Below, piece after piece: positions 1-8,928 of a stretch of 64,000 bases of DNA. The position numbers and the translations under genes are program-made. Location: positions 109,804 through 173,803 of the forward strand of contig CAZDCG010000001.1 of assembly GCA_964503955.1 (NCBI GenBank). The letters are read 5' to 3'. The DNA comes from an uncultured Gammaproteobacteria bacterium. Its GTDB lineage: Bacteria; Patescibacteriota; Patescibacteriia; VMEV01; CAYQCH01. Below the pieces are notes generated by a model, which made no database searches, was not told the origin of the DNA, and saw nothing but the letters and a program-made list of their open reading frames with translations. The number at the start of each line of letters is the position of its first letter. Positions within the stretch are counted from its first letter, which is position 1.

Positions 1-322
1 TCCCTTCACCGGTTCTCATTTCAGCGATTTCACCGCGATGCAAGGTGATTCCGCCAATCAGCTGCACGTCATAATGACGCTGGCCAAGCGTTCGCTTGGA
101 TGCTTCGCGCACGGCGGCAAAAGCTTCCGGCAACAAGTCATCAAGTGTTTCTCCTTTGGCCAGACGCTCTTTAAATTCCTGCGTCTTTCCTTTCAATTGT
201 TCGGCGGAAAGTTTTTCAAATTCTGGTTCAAGCGCATTGATTTTATCTACCAGCGGCTGCAGCTTTTTAATGTACTTCTTATTTGCGTCACCGATCAGCA
301 GCTTTTCAAGAAATTTTTTCAT
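1..322 (-). CDS. secA: Preprotein translocase SecA, N-terminal ~107 aa only (gene continues past window start)
   Basis: Reverse translation from ATG at 322 gives [91 protein letters not shown], the canonical SecA N-terminus. It is absent from the ORF track because there is no in-window stop. Confidence 0.8.
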   Translation of the reverse strand, partial: MKKFLEKLLIGDANKKYIKKLQPLVDKINALEPEFEKLSAEQLKGKTQEFKERLAKGETLDDLLPEAFAAVREASKRTLGQRHYDVQLIGGITLHRGEIAEMRTGEG

Positions 323-403
323 AGATTCAACAAAATTGCCTTCTTTCAAGTATTTATGGGCTGATTTACCTTAGCAGAAAGCATGCAATGTGTCATGCGA
401 ACA

Positions 404-438
404 CTTGACAAAATACCTCAAGCTTATTATAAAAAAGT
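404..438 (+). promoter_or_regulatory. Candidate sigma70-type promoter (TTGACA-17-TATAAA) for ORF 478..768
   Basis: cacTTGACAaaatacctcaagcttatTATAAAaaag lies in the divergent secA/ORF intergenic region. Confidence 0.35.
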
Positions 439-477
439 CCGTTCTTCTCCCTCTCTTTCTCCAAAAGGTTCTTTGTC

Positions 478-768
478 ATGAAAACCCCGCAGCTGCCTCG
501 TTCAGGATTTGACGGCAGGAACACAACCCTGAAGCCGGGCGACCTCATCCACTATCACGAAGGCATGCCTTACTTGGAGATCATCCGCGACGGGATCAAC
601 CTGCTGAACGCGCATGGTACCCCCGAATTCAGTCTTCCTCTGATCCCCACGCAAGACGAGATGTCCGATTTCGTCCGCCTGCTCTGCGAGATCACCAGCA
701 CAACCTTCGAGCAGCTTCCGTCTGAGCTGATTGGCAGCCGCGAACGGCACCGCTTCCAGATCAGATGA
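478..768 (+). CDS. Hypothetical protein, 96 aa, in GC-rich islet
   Basis: ORF with an AAAAGG RBS-like stretch and its own promoter and terminator hairpin. There is no recognisable domain. GC is clearly above the flanking genes. Confidence 0.4.
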   Translation: MKTPQLPRSGFDGRNTTLKPGDLIHYHEGMPYLEIIRDGINLLNAHGTPEFSLPLIPTQDEMSDFVRLLCEITSTTFEQLPSELIGSRERHRFQIR

Positions 769-772
769 GCAC

Positions 773-830
773 AACCCCGCCTCTACTGGCATCTTCGACG
801 GATGTCACGAGGCGGGGTTCGCTAATTTCT
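773..830 (+). terminator. Hairpin AACCCCGCCTC/GAGGCGGGGTT followed by a T-rich tail
   Basis: An 11-bp perfect inverted repeat sits immediately after the stop of ORF 478..768. Confidence 0.4.
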
Positions 831-886
831 TCCCGCTTGAAATGGCATTATTTTCCCGTATTTCTAAGAAAACTTGACAAAGACTC

Positions 887-915
887 TTGACAATATTTTG
901 AAAAAATCCTATTGT
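887..915 (+). promoter_or_regulatory. Candidate promoter TTGACA-17-TATTGT (a second TTGACA lies 13 bp upstream)
   Basis: aaacTTGACAaagactcTTGACAatattttgaaaaaatccTATTGT lies upstream of ORF 954..1781. Confidence 0.4.
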
Positions 916-953
916 TTAGCGCGCACTAAACCCGATGAGAAGGGAATATCTGA

Positions 954-1781
954 GTGGATCATAAGACGTATCTGTCGCAGCTGCGTCGTCTTCCTATCAC
1001 CAATCCGGCCAGCGAGGACCTGACTCTTGTCTGTCCTCATCTCCCTCCTGATCAGGCCGTCGAGTCGTTCAACGAGCGAGGATTGATCGCATGCCCTCCC
1101 GTAAGGGTTTCCAATGTCGTTCAGGTGGTCGCCCTGCGGCCAGCTGAAGAGATGTTCCGGGACGAGTACAAGGACAACCAGAGAATCCGGGTCAGCGAAG
1201 GCATCATCCCTCCGAGGCTCGAGATCGCCTTCGTGTCCACCATGAACCTGCTGCTCCCCCACGCGGAGGAGGCCAGCCGATACGCGAAATCATGCTGGCC
1301 GGACCAGCTCGTACCGTCCGGCCCGAGGGGATCAACAATCCGCATCCGGATCGATGACCCAGCTGAGATGAACGAGTGGGGTCTGCCAAAGACGGTAAGA
1401 ACCGTCTTTCTCGCGCTGAACAGAAGCGTTGAGGAACTTACACAGCTAAAGACCCAGCCGCTTAGCGGGCTGGTGAACAGCGCGATCAATGGCATGACCG
1501 TCTGCGAGATCATTGGCAGTGAGTATGCCAAGGATCGCAAGACGCTTTTTGCCAGCAACTGCGCTCGCTGTGGTTCGGGGCTGCACGCGGATAGCTGCCT
1601 CGGCTGCAAGCGAACGTTTGCGCGCTGCCCCGGCAAGCCGGACTGGAACATGCCTCTGCCCCAGAAGGTTTGCGATCTGCTGGCAAGACTGGGCCATGTG
1701 TTCGAGGTGAACCCGCAGATCGCGCATGCAAAGGAGATCGAGAACTTCGAGCAATCCAGGCTCGTCCATATCCGGCTCTAA
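954..1781 (+). CDS. Hypothetical Cys-rich protein, 275 aa (GTG start), in GC-rich islet
   Basis: GTG start preceded by gaGAAGGGAAtatctgaGTG. The C-terminus has CxxC...CxxC...C spacing (CARCGSGLHADSCLGCKRTFARC). It is followed by a strong hairpin terminator. Overlapping ORFs in other frames are treated as GC artefacts. Confidence 0.45.
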   Translation: MDHKTYLSQLRRLPITNPASEDLTLVCPHLPPDQAVESFNERGLIACPPVRVSNVVQVVALRPAEEMFRDEYKDNQRIRVSEGIIPPRLEIAFVSTMNLLLPHAEEASRYAKSCWPDQLVPSGPRGSTIRIRIDDPAEMNEWGLPKTVRTVFLALNRSVEELTQLKTQPLSGLVNSAINGMTVCEIIGSEYAKDRKTLFASNCARCGSGLHADSCLGCKRTFARCPGKPDWNMPLPQKVCDLLARLGHVFEVNPQIAHAKEIENFEQSRLVHIRL

Positions 1782-1786
1782 TGCCA

Positions 1787-1835
1787 GAGGGGCCGCCGTC
1801 CATTCCCGGACAGGCGGCCCCTCATTCGTTTCATC
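1787..1835. terminator. Bidirectional hairpin GAGGGGCCGCC...GGCGGCCCCTC between convergent ORF 954..1781 and murB
   Basis: An 11-bp perfect inverted repeat with an internally palindromic loop and a T-rich downstream tract on the plus strand. Confidence 0.5.
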
Positions 1836-1844
1836 TGGATTTGA

Positions 1845-2849
1845 TTAAACCATTTCAACCTCTTCTTCAAGCTCTACACCGTACACGTCTTTTACTTTTT
1901 GTTTGATCATTTCCGCGTATTCTTTTACCGCCGCGGCATTTCCTGTTCCGGTATTCACCAGAAAATTGGCGTGCTTTTCAGAAACCATAATGCCTTTATG
2001 CGGATCACGCTGCTTAAAGCCGAGTTGTTCGATAATCCAACCGGCAGGCACTTTGCCGTTTTGAATAAACTCAGGGTGATGCCTTTCAATATCCGCAAAA
2101 AACTGCTCGGTCGGCTCGCCCGTGCTTGCGGCTGCCAAAGCCTTTTCGCCGGGAACAAGCTCGATATTCTTGAATAAACAACCCGCGCAAAGCTCGCCCA
2201 TGGGCTGGTCTGTTGTTTTCTTTTTGAGCATATCTTTCATCCGCTGGGTAGCTTCATTGGCCAGTGCAGGTGTTAATGTGAACACCGCGTCTAAAACAAT
2301 TTCTTTGCCGCCGTGTTTTTTTACGCGGCTTGAACGATAGGAAAATTCCAATGCTTCATTGGACAACGTTTTCATTTCTTTGCCGTCAAAAATACGCGCT
2401 GAAACAAGGGTATCTTTGATCTCACCACCAAAAGCACCGGCATTTCCCCGAACCGCGCCCCCCACGCTGCCAGGAACAGCAATACACCATTCAAGGCCGG
2501 TCAACCCCGCCTTGGCCGTTTCTCCGGCAAGCTTGGCCAGCGGCAAACCGGCTTCAACCCTGACGGTTGTTCCTTCAATGTGAATACCTCGGTTTTTAGG
2601 ATGCAGCACAATGCCCCGGAAACCGTCATCCGGCAAAAGCACATTTGCCCCTCCGCCGAGAATAAAATACGGGAGTTTGTTTTCAACGATAAATCGAAAA
2701 GCCTCGACAAGGGCATTGGTTGTATTCGGCATTAAAAAGATATCAGCCGTTCCACCGATCTTAAACGTGGAATGCTTAGAAAGCGGTTCGTCGAATTTGA
2801 CCTGGCCGGGGAATTTCTCTTCAAGTTGTTGTTTGATCTGAGGTGTCAT
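1845..2849 (-). CDS. murB: UDP-N-acetylenolpyruvoylglucosamine reductase
   Basis: MTPQIKQQLEEKFPGQVKFDEPLSKHSTFKIGGTADIFLMP... with the FAD-binding MurB fold. The ORF-track start at 2906 runs through the upstream hairpin repeat. The internal ATG at 2849 is the more likely start. Confidence 0.85.
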   Translation of the reverse strand: MTPQIKQQLEEKFPGQVKFDEPLSKHSTFKIGGTADIFLMPNTTNALVEAFRFIVENKLPYFILGGGANVLLPDDGFRGIVLHPKNRGIHIEGTTVRVEAGLPLAKLAGETAKAGLTGLEWCIAVPGSVGGAVRGNAGAFGGEIKDTLVSARIFDGKEMKTLSNEALEFSYRSSRVKKHGGKEIVLDAVFTLTPALANEATQRMKDMLKKKTTDQPMGELCAGCLFKNIELVPGEKALAAASTGEPTEQFFADIERHHPEFIQNGKVPAGWIIEQLGFKQRDPHKGIMVSEKHANFLVNTGTGNAAAVKEYAEMIKQKVKDVYGVELEEEVEMV

Positions 2850-2855
2850 AATTGT

Positions 2856-2890
2856 TGTCGGGCGCAGGGCTCTGTCCCCGCCCGGTCGCG
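2856..2890. repeat. GC-rich hairpin repeat copy 1 (TGTCGGGCGCAGGGCTCTGTCCCCGCCCGGTCGCG)
   Basis: Near-identical copies occur at 15815..15846 and, reverse-complemented, at 57776..57812. The GCGGGG/CCCCGC stem has a CTCTGT loop. This copy sits 6 nt 5' of the murB start between murC and murB. Confidence 0.6.
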
Positions 2891-2939
2891 CCCTACGACC
2901 GTTCATTGTCTGGCCAATCTAGCTAGTCTAGCAAATCTG

Positions 2940-4331
2940 TCAGGCCAGCTCCTCCGCCAATCGGTAAATGTCGCCAGCTCCCATAAAGAGAAGCACGTCA
3001 TCTTTTCTAACGATTTGGCTGAGCTTGTCTTTCAATTCAGCAAGATTCCCGCCATACATGACCTTTCTTTGCTGTTCGCGGCGAAGGTCGCGTTCTTTGA
3101 TTGCGTCAACCAGCATATGCGCATTCATTTCCTTGTCGGAAAGGACTTCGCGCCCGGCAACATCATAGATATCAGGAATGATAACCAGATCCGCTTCATC
3201 AAAGGAAGCGACAAAATCATTGAAAAGAGCTTTTGTTCGATGACGGGTATGCGGCTGAAAAATGGCGATAAGGCGGCGATCTCCGTAAAAATCTCTCGCC
3301 GCTTCAAGCGTGGCATGCACCGCTGAGGGATGATGCGCGTAGTCGCTGATCACCGCAGCCATATTGTACAGCCCAAGAATCTGAAAGCGGCGCCAGGTGC
3401 CTTTAAAGTGTGCAAACCCCATGGCGATTTGCTCAGGCGATACGCCAAGATGCAGGGCAACGGAGGTAGCGGCAAGCGCATTATAGACATTAAAGCGGCC
3501 GGGAAATGGAAAATGCCATTCGCCTAATTCCTGTCCATGCGCGGAAATATCGACCACCTGCTTGCCTTTGATGGCGCGCCGGTTTCTTCCCAAGACATCC
3601 GCCGTCGTGCGCATGCCAAATGTCTTGACCTGGCAATTTGGCAACGTGAGTTTTTTTACCCCCTCGTCATCATGGTTGTAGACAAGAAGCCCGTCATTTG
3701 GCAGCTTATCAACGAGTTTTTGAAATGCACTATAGTAAGCTTCTTCCGTGCCGAAATAATCAAGGTGATCCGGCTGCATATTGGTAATCACCACGATTTG
3801 CGGATTGAATTCCAAAAAATGTTCTTTAAACTCATCCCCTTCAATGACCAAATACTCCGAAGCCCCTCCGCGGAAATTGCATCGCCATTCATTAACGATG
3901 CTTCCAACCATGACGGTTGGATCACAACCCGCATTGGCCAATACATGCCCAAGCATTGCCGTTGTAGTTGTTTTCCCTTTGTTTCCGGCAATGACAATGG
4001 TCTTGTACTTCTTTGAAAGTTCCCCCACCGCTTGAAAATTTGTCATGGTCGCAATATCAAGCTCCTTAGCCCTGACTAGCTCGGGGTTATCCTGCGGGAT
4101 GGCGTCATTGTAGATGACAAGTTCAATATCTTCTGAAACAGTTGATGCCTCATGTCCCGCAAAGACCGAAGCCCCTTTTTCAGCCAGTTGATCTGTCACA
4201 ATATTGGAATGCAAGTCTGAACCGGAGACCACAGCTCCGCGCGCAAGAAAAAAATGTGCGACGTAGGAAATCCCAATGCCGCCAATTCCGACAAAATGCA
4301 CGCGTTTTTTCTCTTCAATGCGCATAATCAA
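2940..4331 (-). CDS. murC: UDP-N-acetylmuramate--L-alanine ligase
   Basis: VHFVGIGGIGISYVAHFFLARGAVVSGSDL... Mur ligase N-terminal, central and C-terminal signature. Confidence 0.9.
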   Translation of the reverse strand: MIMRIEEKKRVHFVGIGGIGISYVAHFFLARGAVVSGSDLHSNIVTDQLAEKGASVFAGHEASTVSEDIELVIYNDAIPQDNPELVRAKELDIATMTNFQAVGELSKKYKTIVIAGNKGKTTTTAMLGHVLANAGCDPTVMVGSIVNEWRCNFRGGASEYLVIEGDEFKEHFLEFNPQIVVITNMQPDHLDYFGTEEAYYSAFQKLVDKLPNDGLLVYNHDDEGVKKLTLPNCQVKTFGMRTTADVLGRNRRAIKGKQVVDISAHGQELGEWHFPFPGRFNVYNALAATSVALHLGVSPEQIAMGFAHFKGTWRRFQILGLYNMAAVISDYAHHPSAVHATLEAARDFYGDRRLIAIFQPHTRHRTKALFNDFVASFDEADLVIIPDIYDVAGREVLSDKEMNAHMLVDAIKERDLRREQQRKVMYGGNLAELKDKLSQIVRKDDVLLFMGAGDIYRLAEELA

Positions 4332-5407
4332 GAAGCCTCACCATACAGCATTTTATTGATTTCTTCAACCATATGGTCAAGCGCGCTTTCTCGATAAAAT
4401 TGCGCTATCGAAATAGAATACGCACGCTTGCGTTCTTCATCTTTCACCAGCTTGAGCAATTCAGCAGCAAAAAGTTGAGGGCTGAGCGTCCGCTGGTCAA
4501 GAATGAGGGCGCCATCCGCTTTCTTCAGCATGTCCGTATTATCTTCCTGATGGCTGCCGGGGATGGGTATAATCACGGCCGGTTTTTTTAGCGCCGCTAA
4601 TTCAAGCAGAGTTCCAATCCCCCCTCTGGTCACCACGATATCCGCGCGATGATACGCTTCTGCCATTTCTTCAGTCAAAAATTCCTTGGCGAGATACCGG
4701 CTTGCCACGACTCCACCAGCTTTGCCTATTCCCGTAACATGCAAAATATCCGCGCGGGCAACCAGCTCGTCAAGCGCACCCCAGACAAGTTCGTTGATGG
4801 CCTGCGCGCCCGTCCCGCCGCCAAAGATAAAAATAAGCGGACGCTTCCGAACGAATAAACCGAATGCATTGGTTTTGGGCGAAAAGATTTCTTCTCTCAC
4901 GGGCGCGCCGGTAAGAACCGTTTTCTCCGCCGGGTAATCCTCTAGCGAGGGTTCAAATGTTAAAAAAATTTTTTTGCTGAAAGGCGCCATCAGCTTATTG
5001 GCAAGCCCCGGACGGATATCAAGCTGATGGATAATAGAAGGAATGCCCATCAGTCGGCCCATCCAGACCAAAGGAACGGCCACAAATCCTCCGGCACCAA
5101 GAATGAGATCAGGCTTGACTTGGCGCAAAATCTTTCGAGCCTGCAAACAAGCCAGGAGCAGCCGAAAGGGCAAAAATAGATTTCGCAAACTGAAAAATCG
5201 ATCGAATTTTGCCATGGTCAAATCGCTGAACGGAATATGGCGGTTGGCAATCAGTTTGCGTTCGGGCCCCTCTTTTGTCCCCACCCAGGAAAAAGAAAGA
5301 TCCGGATCTTTTTTCAGCGCGTCATAAAGCGCGAGCAACGGAACAACGGGGCCCATCGTCCCGCCGCCGGCAAAAAGGATTGTTTTTCTTTTTTTGTCCA
5401 TATGCAC
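4328..5407 (-). CDS. murG: Undecaprenyldiphospho-muramoylpentapeptide beta-N-acetylglucosaminyltransferase
   Basis: ILFAGGGTMGPVVPLLAL... and HQLDIRPGLANKLM motifs. There is a 4-bp overlap with murC. Confidence 0.9.
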   Translation of the reverse strand: MHMDKKRKTILFAGGGTMGPVVPLLALYDALKKDPDLSFSWVGTKEGPERKLIANRHIPFSDLTMAKFDRFFSLRNLFLPFRLLLACLQARKILRQVKPDLILGAGGFVAVPLVWMGRLMGIPSIIHQLDIRPGLANKLMAPFSKKIFLTFEPSLEDYPAEKTVLTGAPVREEIFSPKTNAFGLFVRKRPLIFIFGGGTGAQAINELVWGALDELVARADILHVTGIGKAGGVVASRYLAKEFLTEEMAEAYHRADIVVTRGGIGTLLELAALKKPAVIIPIPGSHQEDNTDMLKKADGALILDQRTLSPQLFAAELLKLVKDEERKRAYSISIAQFYRESALDHMVEEINKMLYGEAS

Positions 5408-6574
5408 TTACGCGCGACGCAGCCCGCGCACCGCCCGGCGGACAACCTGCTTGCTGCCTTCAGTCGTTTGCCGCGAAATATTAATAACAATGCCCATGGC
5501 CGCGAAAAGGACGATTAAAGAAGAACTTCCATAACTGACGAATGGCAGCGGCAAACCGGTGATCGGCAGCAGCCCCACCATGGCCGAAATATTCACAAAG
5601 CTTTGAAAGCCGATCCAGCTCATAATCCCCGCCACCAAAAGTTTGGCAAAGACATCAGGAGCATGCCGAGCGATATGATAGCCGCGGAAAATCAATCCAA
5701 ACAAGACAAGCAAAAACATGGTGACAGCCAGAAAACCAAGTTCTTCAGCGATAATGGCAAAAATGGAGTCGCCGATCACTTCAGGAAGGTACAAATGCTT
5801 TTGACGGGAATAGCCAAACCCAAGCCCTAGCAAGCCGCCGGATCCGATGGCGAGCAGCGCCTGGTTGATGTGATAGCCGATTCCCTGCGGATCAAGTTCC
5901 GGATGCAAAAATACGGTAAACCGCGCCGCACGGTAAGGAGCGGCTTTGATCAGAATCCAAAGGAACGCCAAACCAAGCGCGCCCAATGCGGCAAGATGCT
6001 TCATATTCGCGCCGGCCACAAAATAAACCATCAGCGCGATCATCACGATAATCGACATGGTTCCCACATCCGGCTGCAGAAAAATCAAACCGATGACGAT
6101 TCCCAAAGAGATCAAAAAGGGCATTAATCCGTCGGAAAAATCTTTGATGACTTTTTTGTCGCGTTTCTCAAGCCAGGCGGCAAGATAAATAATGAACGCC
6201 AGTTTTGCGACTTCAGAGGGTTGAAAGGTAATCGGCCCAAGGCTCAGCCAGCTTTTTGCTCCGCCATAGGTCGCGCCAAGCCCGGGAATAAAGACGGCTA
6301 AGAGAAGGATAATGGCACCGACAAAGATCGGAAAAGCGAATTTCTTCCAGAGACGGTAATCAATCAAAGCCATGGCGATGCAAACAAAGATGCCGGGAAT
6401 AAATCCGTTAAAGAGCTGATGCTTTACATAGTAGAGACTGTCGCCGAAACGCTGAAATGCCACCGCCGTGGAAACGGATGAGAGCATGACAATGCCAAAA
6501 AGCGCGACAAAGGCAAATAGGCCAAGGAAAAGATAATCAGGCGCGCGATGATTTGATGCTTTGCGTAAACTCAC
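5408..6574 (-). CDS. ftsW: SEDS-family peptidoglycan glycosyltransferase FtsW
   Basis: A 10-TM SEDS protein inside the mur operon, directly abutting murG and overlapping murD. Confidence 0.85.
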   Translation of the reverse strand: MSLRKASNHRAPDYLFLGLFAFVALFGIVMLSSVSTAVAFQRFGDSLYYVKHQLFNGFIPGIFVCIAMALIDYRLWKKFAFPIFVGAIILLLAVFIPGLGATYGGAKSWLSLGPITFQPSEVAKLAFIIYLAAWLEKRDKKVIKDFSDGLMPFLISLGIVIGLIFLQPDVGTMSIIVMIALMVYFVAGANMKHLAALGALGLAFLWILIKAAPYRAARFTVFLHPELDPQGIGYHINQALLAIGSGGLLGLGFGYSRQKHLYLPEVIGDSIFAIIAEELGFLAVTMFLLVLFGLIFRGYHIARHAPDVFAKLLVAGIMSWIGFQSFVNISAMVGLLPITGLPLPFVSYGSSSLIVLFAAMGIVINISRQTTEGSKQVVRRAVRGLRRA

Positions 6575-7977
6575 ATGCTTGATCTTAGCTGCTGTACGGC
6601 TTGGTTGAACTGATCTCCGCGGTCAAATTCATTCTTGAACAGCCCGAAGCTGGCGCAGCCGGGAGAAAGCAGGATTACCGTTCCCTCACCCGCCAGAAGA
6701 TAAGCCTGCTTGACGGCATCCTGCATATTGGCTGCCTGAACCTGTTCAATTGATTCTGAAACAACCTGCCTGAAGCGATCCGTTCCCTCGCCAGGGAGCC
6801 AGACAATTGCTTTGACGCGCTCTACCTCTTGAGCGGCCTGCTCAAAATCAAGTCCTTTATCCGATCCGCCGGCAATCAGCACGATCGGACGGCCCTGCAT
6901 GGCCTTTAATCCGGCAACCAGCGCCACGGGAGTAGTTGATGTGGTGTCATTGATGAAGGTGCGTCCTTTCAGCTCATCGATGAATTGCAGACGCCCTTCA
7001 AGAGAACGGAATGAACCGATTTGCTCCTGCAGCGGCTTGAGTTCGGATTCCACCTGCCGCACGGCAGCGACCGCGGCAAGGATATTGTCGTAATTATGCT
7101 CGCCGCGAAGCGGAACCTGATTCACGTCAACAAGCTCGGTTTCTTTACCGTTCAGCCGCTCTATGACTTTGGACCCGCGCAGGAAATAACCTTCGAGCTC
7201 CTGCGAACGGTCATACCACCGGACCTTCGCTTGCGTTCTCTCGCCGATCTCTTTTGTAAAATCATTCGTATGGTTGATGATGGCCACCTGTTCAGGCGTT
7301 TGGTGCTTGGTGATCACTTCTTTTACCGCCGCGTAAGCATTCATATCGCCGTTATAACGATTGAGATGATCAGGGTAGACATTGAGCAAGACCGCTATAT
7401 CCGGACTTTGCTGCTTGCGGTCAAGATATTCGAGCATGAAGTTGGACAATTCAAGCACCACATAGTCATCTTCCTTTACACCGTCAAGAAATTCCAGCGG
7501 TGATTGCTTGGCGATATTGCCCCCAAGCCAGACTTTTTTCGGATAGGCTTTCAGCAAATGGGCGATCAAAGCCGTAGTCGTGCTCTTCCCCCTTGTTCCC
7601 GTAATCCCGATGATTTTGGACGGACATTGCGAGAAAAAAAGATTCATTTCCGTTTCAACGGGAATATCATGCTCAATAGCGAGCTGTACAAAACGAGATG
7701 TTACCGGCACGCCTGGGTTTGGCACGACCAGATCAGCTTTGAGAATATCCGCTTCATCATGGCCGCCAAGCTTCCATTCGATCGTGCCTTCATAGTTGAT
7801 TTTTCGCGCGTACACCTTCACGCGCTCCACCTGCCGAGCAAGCTCCTCCTCCCTCTTTAAATCTGTAATCACCACATGCGCGCCTTGGCGTAAAAAAAAG
7901 CATGCCGCGGCATAACCGCTGCCGTGCTCGTACTGGCCAAGCCCCAGGATCAAGATGGTTTTTCCTTTATAGTTCAT
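6571..7977 (-). CDS. murD: UDP-N-acetylmuramoylalanine--D-glutamate ligase
   Basis: KTILILGLGQYEHGSGYAAACFFLRQGAHVVITDLK... MurD N-terminal Rossmann plus Mur ligase core. Confidence 0.9.
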   Translation of the reverse strand: MNYKGKTILILGLGQYEHGSGYAAACFFLRQGAHVVITDLKREEELARQVERVKVYARKINYEGTIEWKLGGHDEADILKADLVVPNPGVPVTSRFVQLAIEHDIPVETEMNLFFSQCPSKIIGITGTRGKSTTTALIAHLLKAYPKKVWLGGNIAKQSPLEFLDGVKEDDYVVLELSNFMLEYLDRKQQSPDIAVLLNVYPDHLNRYNGDMNAYAAVKEVITKHQTPEQVAIINHTNDFTKEIGERTQAKVRWYDRSQELEGYFLRGSKVIERLNGKETELVDVNQVPLRGEHNYDNILAAVAAVRQVESELKPLQEQIGSFRSLEGRLQFIDELKGRTFINDTTSTTPVALVAGLKAMQGRPIVLIAGGSDKGLDFEQAAQEVERVKAIVWLPGEGTDRFRQVVSESIEQVQAANMQDAVKQAYLLAGEGTVILLSPGCASFGLFKNEFDRGDQFNQAVQQLRSSM

Positions 7978-8099
7978 ACTCCCATCATTTTAGCAGATTC
8001 ATCAACCATTGCACGGTTTAAAAGACACACAGACTCTTCAGATTTTACAGACACACAGACAAGGACATCTCCTCCATAATTGGTTTTTGTCTGTAAGTC

Positions 8100-8831
8100 T
8101 TAGAAGTCTGTGGATCTGTGATTCTTTATCCCTATAAAATTCCTAATCTCCACCCTCAACTCTTCCGGATCCCGGCGGTATGATGCCCAGGCAGGATCCT
8201 CAAATGTGCAGATACCGCTTAGCTCAATCTGGTGTTCAGGCACCCCCATCTCTAGGCAAAGCAGCTTATTGGCCAGCGGCAGATCAAGCCCGTTCCCCGC
8301 TTTTGTGTCCGTTATGACGGAAGTCCCTGGAAATAAACGCTTAAATTGGCTAAGTCTGTCATCCTGGACATTAGAAATGTCGTAGCAATTCCCGCAAATA
8401 GACGGCCCCGTCGCCATGAAAATTTCGGATGGATCAATATGGTATTCATGCTGAAAGGCTTTGACGGCCTCCTGAACAATTTTTTGGCTCGTCCCTTTCC
8501 AGCCGGCATGAACGACCGCGCAAGCCCTCTTTTGTGGAGCATAAAAAAAGACCGGTACACAGTCGGCTGTTCTGACGGCCAAAAGACAGCCGGGGACGTT
8601 TGTAATCAACGCGTCCGCGTCTTGCTCATCTGTTGGTTTTTGTCCGGATGAAATCGATATAACCGCTTTTCCATGCACCTGCCGCGCGGCGTAGATCGAT
8701 GTATTTGAAACACCTGTCTCTGCCGCCAGACAATCCCGCCAGTCCTGTGTGCAAGCTTGTTTCCACCTCTTGGAGGTACTGCCATGAATCAGCTCGGGGA
8801 ATTGAGAGAGTAGTTTTGAGGTCCAGACCAT
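8100..8831 (-). CDS. pgeF: Peptidoglycan editing factor PgeF / YfiH (DUF152 laccase-domain purine nucleoside phosphorylase family)
   Basis: LIHGSTSK...DADALITNVPGCLLAVRTADCVPVFFYAP...VVHAGWKGT signature. The ORF-track start at 8906 is inside the upstream repeat element. ATG at 8831 is preferred. Confidence 0.8.
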   Translation of the reverse strand: MVWTSKLLSQFPELIHGSTSKRWKQACTQDWRDCLAAETGVSNTSIYAARQVHGKAVISISSGQKPTDEQDADALITNVPGCLLAVRTADCVPVFFYAPQKRACAVVHAGWKGTSQKIVQEAVKAFQHEYHIDPSEIFMATGPSICGNCYDISNVQDDRLSQFKRLFPGTSVITDTKAGNGLDLPLANKLLCLEMGVPEHQIELSGICTFEDPAWASYRRDPEELRVEIRNFIGIKNHRSTDF

Positions 8832-8895
8832 ATGGGGTAAACGTACCAAATGTTTCCAAACGAGCCAAACGTTTCCAGAGCCGTCTAAATCAAGA
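8832..8895 (-). repeat. 5'-UTR periodic-unit element (copy upstream of pgeF), ending ...TTTGGTACGTTTACCCC-ATG in gene orientation
   Basis: Gene-orientation sequence is ctctGGAAACGTTTGGCTCGTTTGGAAACATTTGGTACGTTTACCCCATG. The same unit array and junction are found upstream of rplK (49411..49507) and yidC (50741..50835). Confidence 0.55.
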
Positions 8896-8928
8896 ACAAG
8901 TTCCACAAAAATCCACCCGTTAACAATA

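Noticed and set aside
38-374. Plus-strand ORFs 38..364 and 96..374
   Set aside because: They are antisense to the unmistakable secA N-terminus encoded on the minus strand.
909-1803. Multiple overlapping 60-176-aa ORFs in several frames (909..1262-, 1121..1651-, 1204..1389-, 1446..1769-, 1510..1803-, 1513..1710+)
   Set aside because: They are all nested within or opposite the 954..1781 ORF in a 58%-GC islet. They have no RBS, and only the plus-strand ORF has a promoter and terminator.
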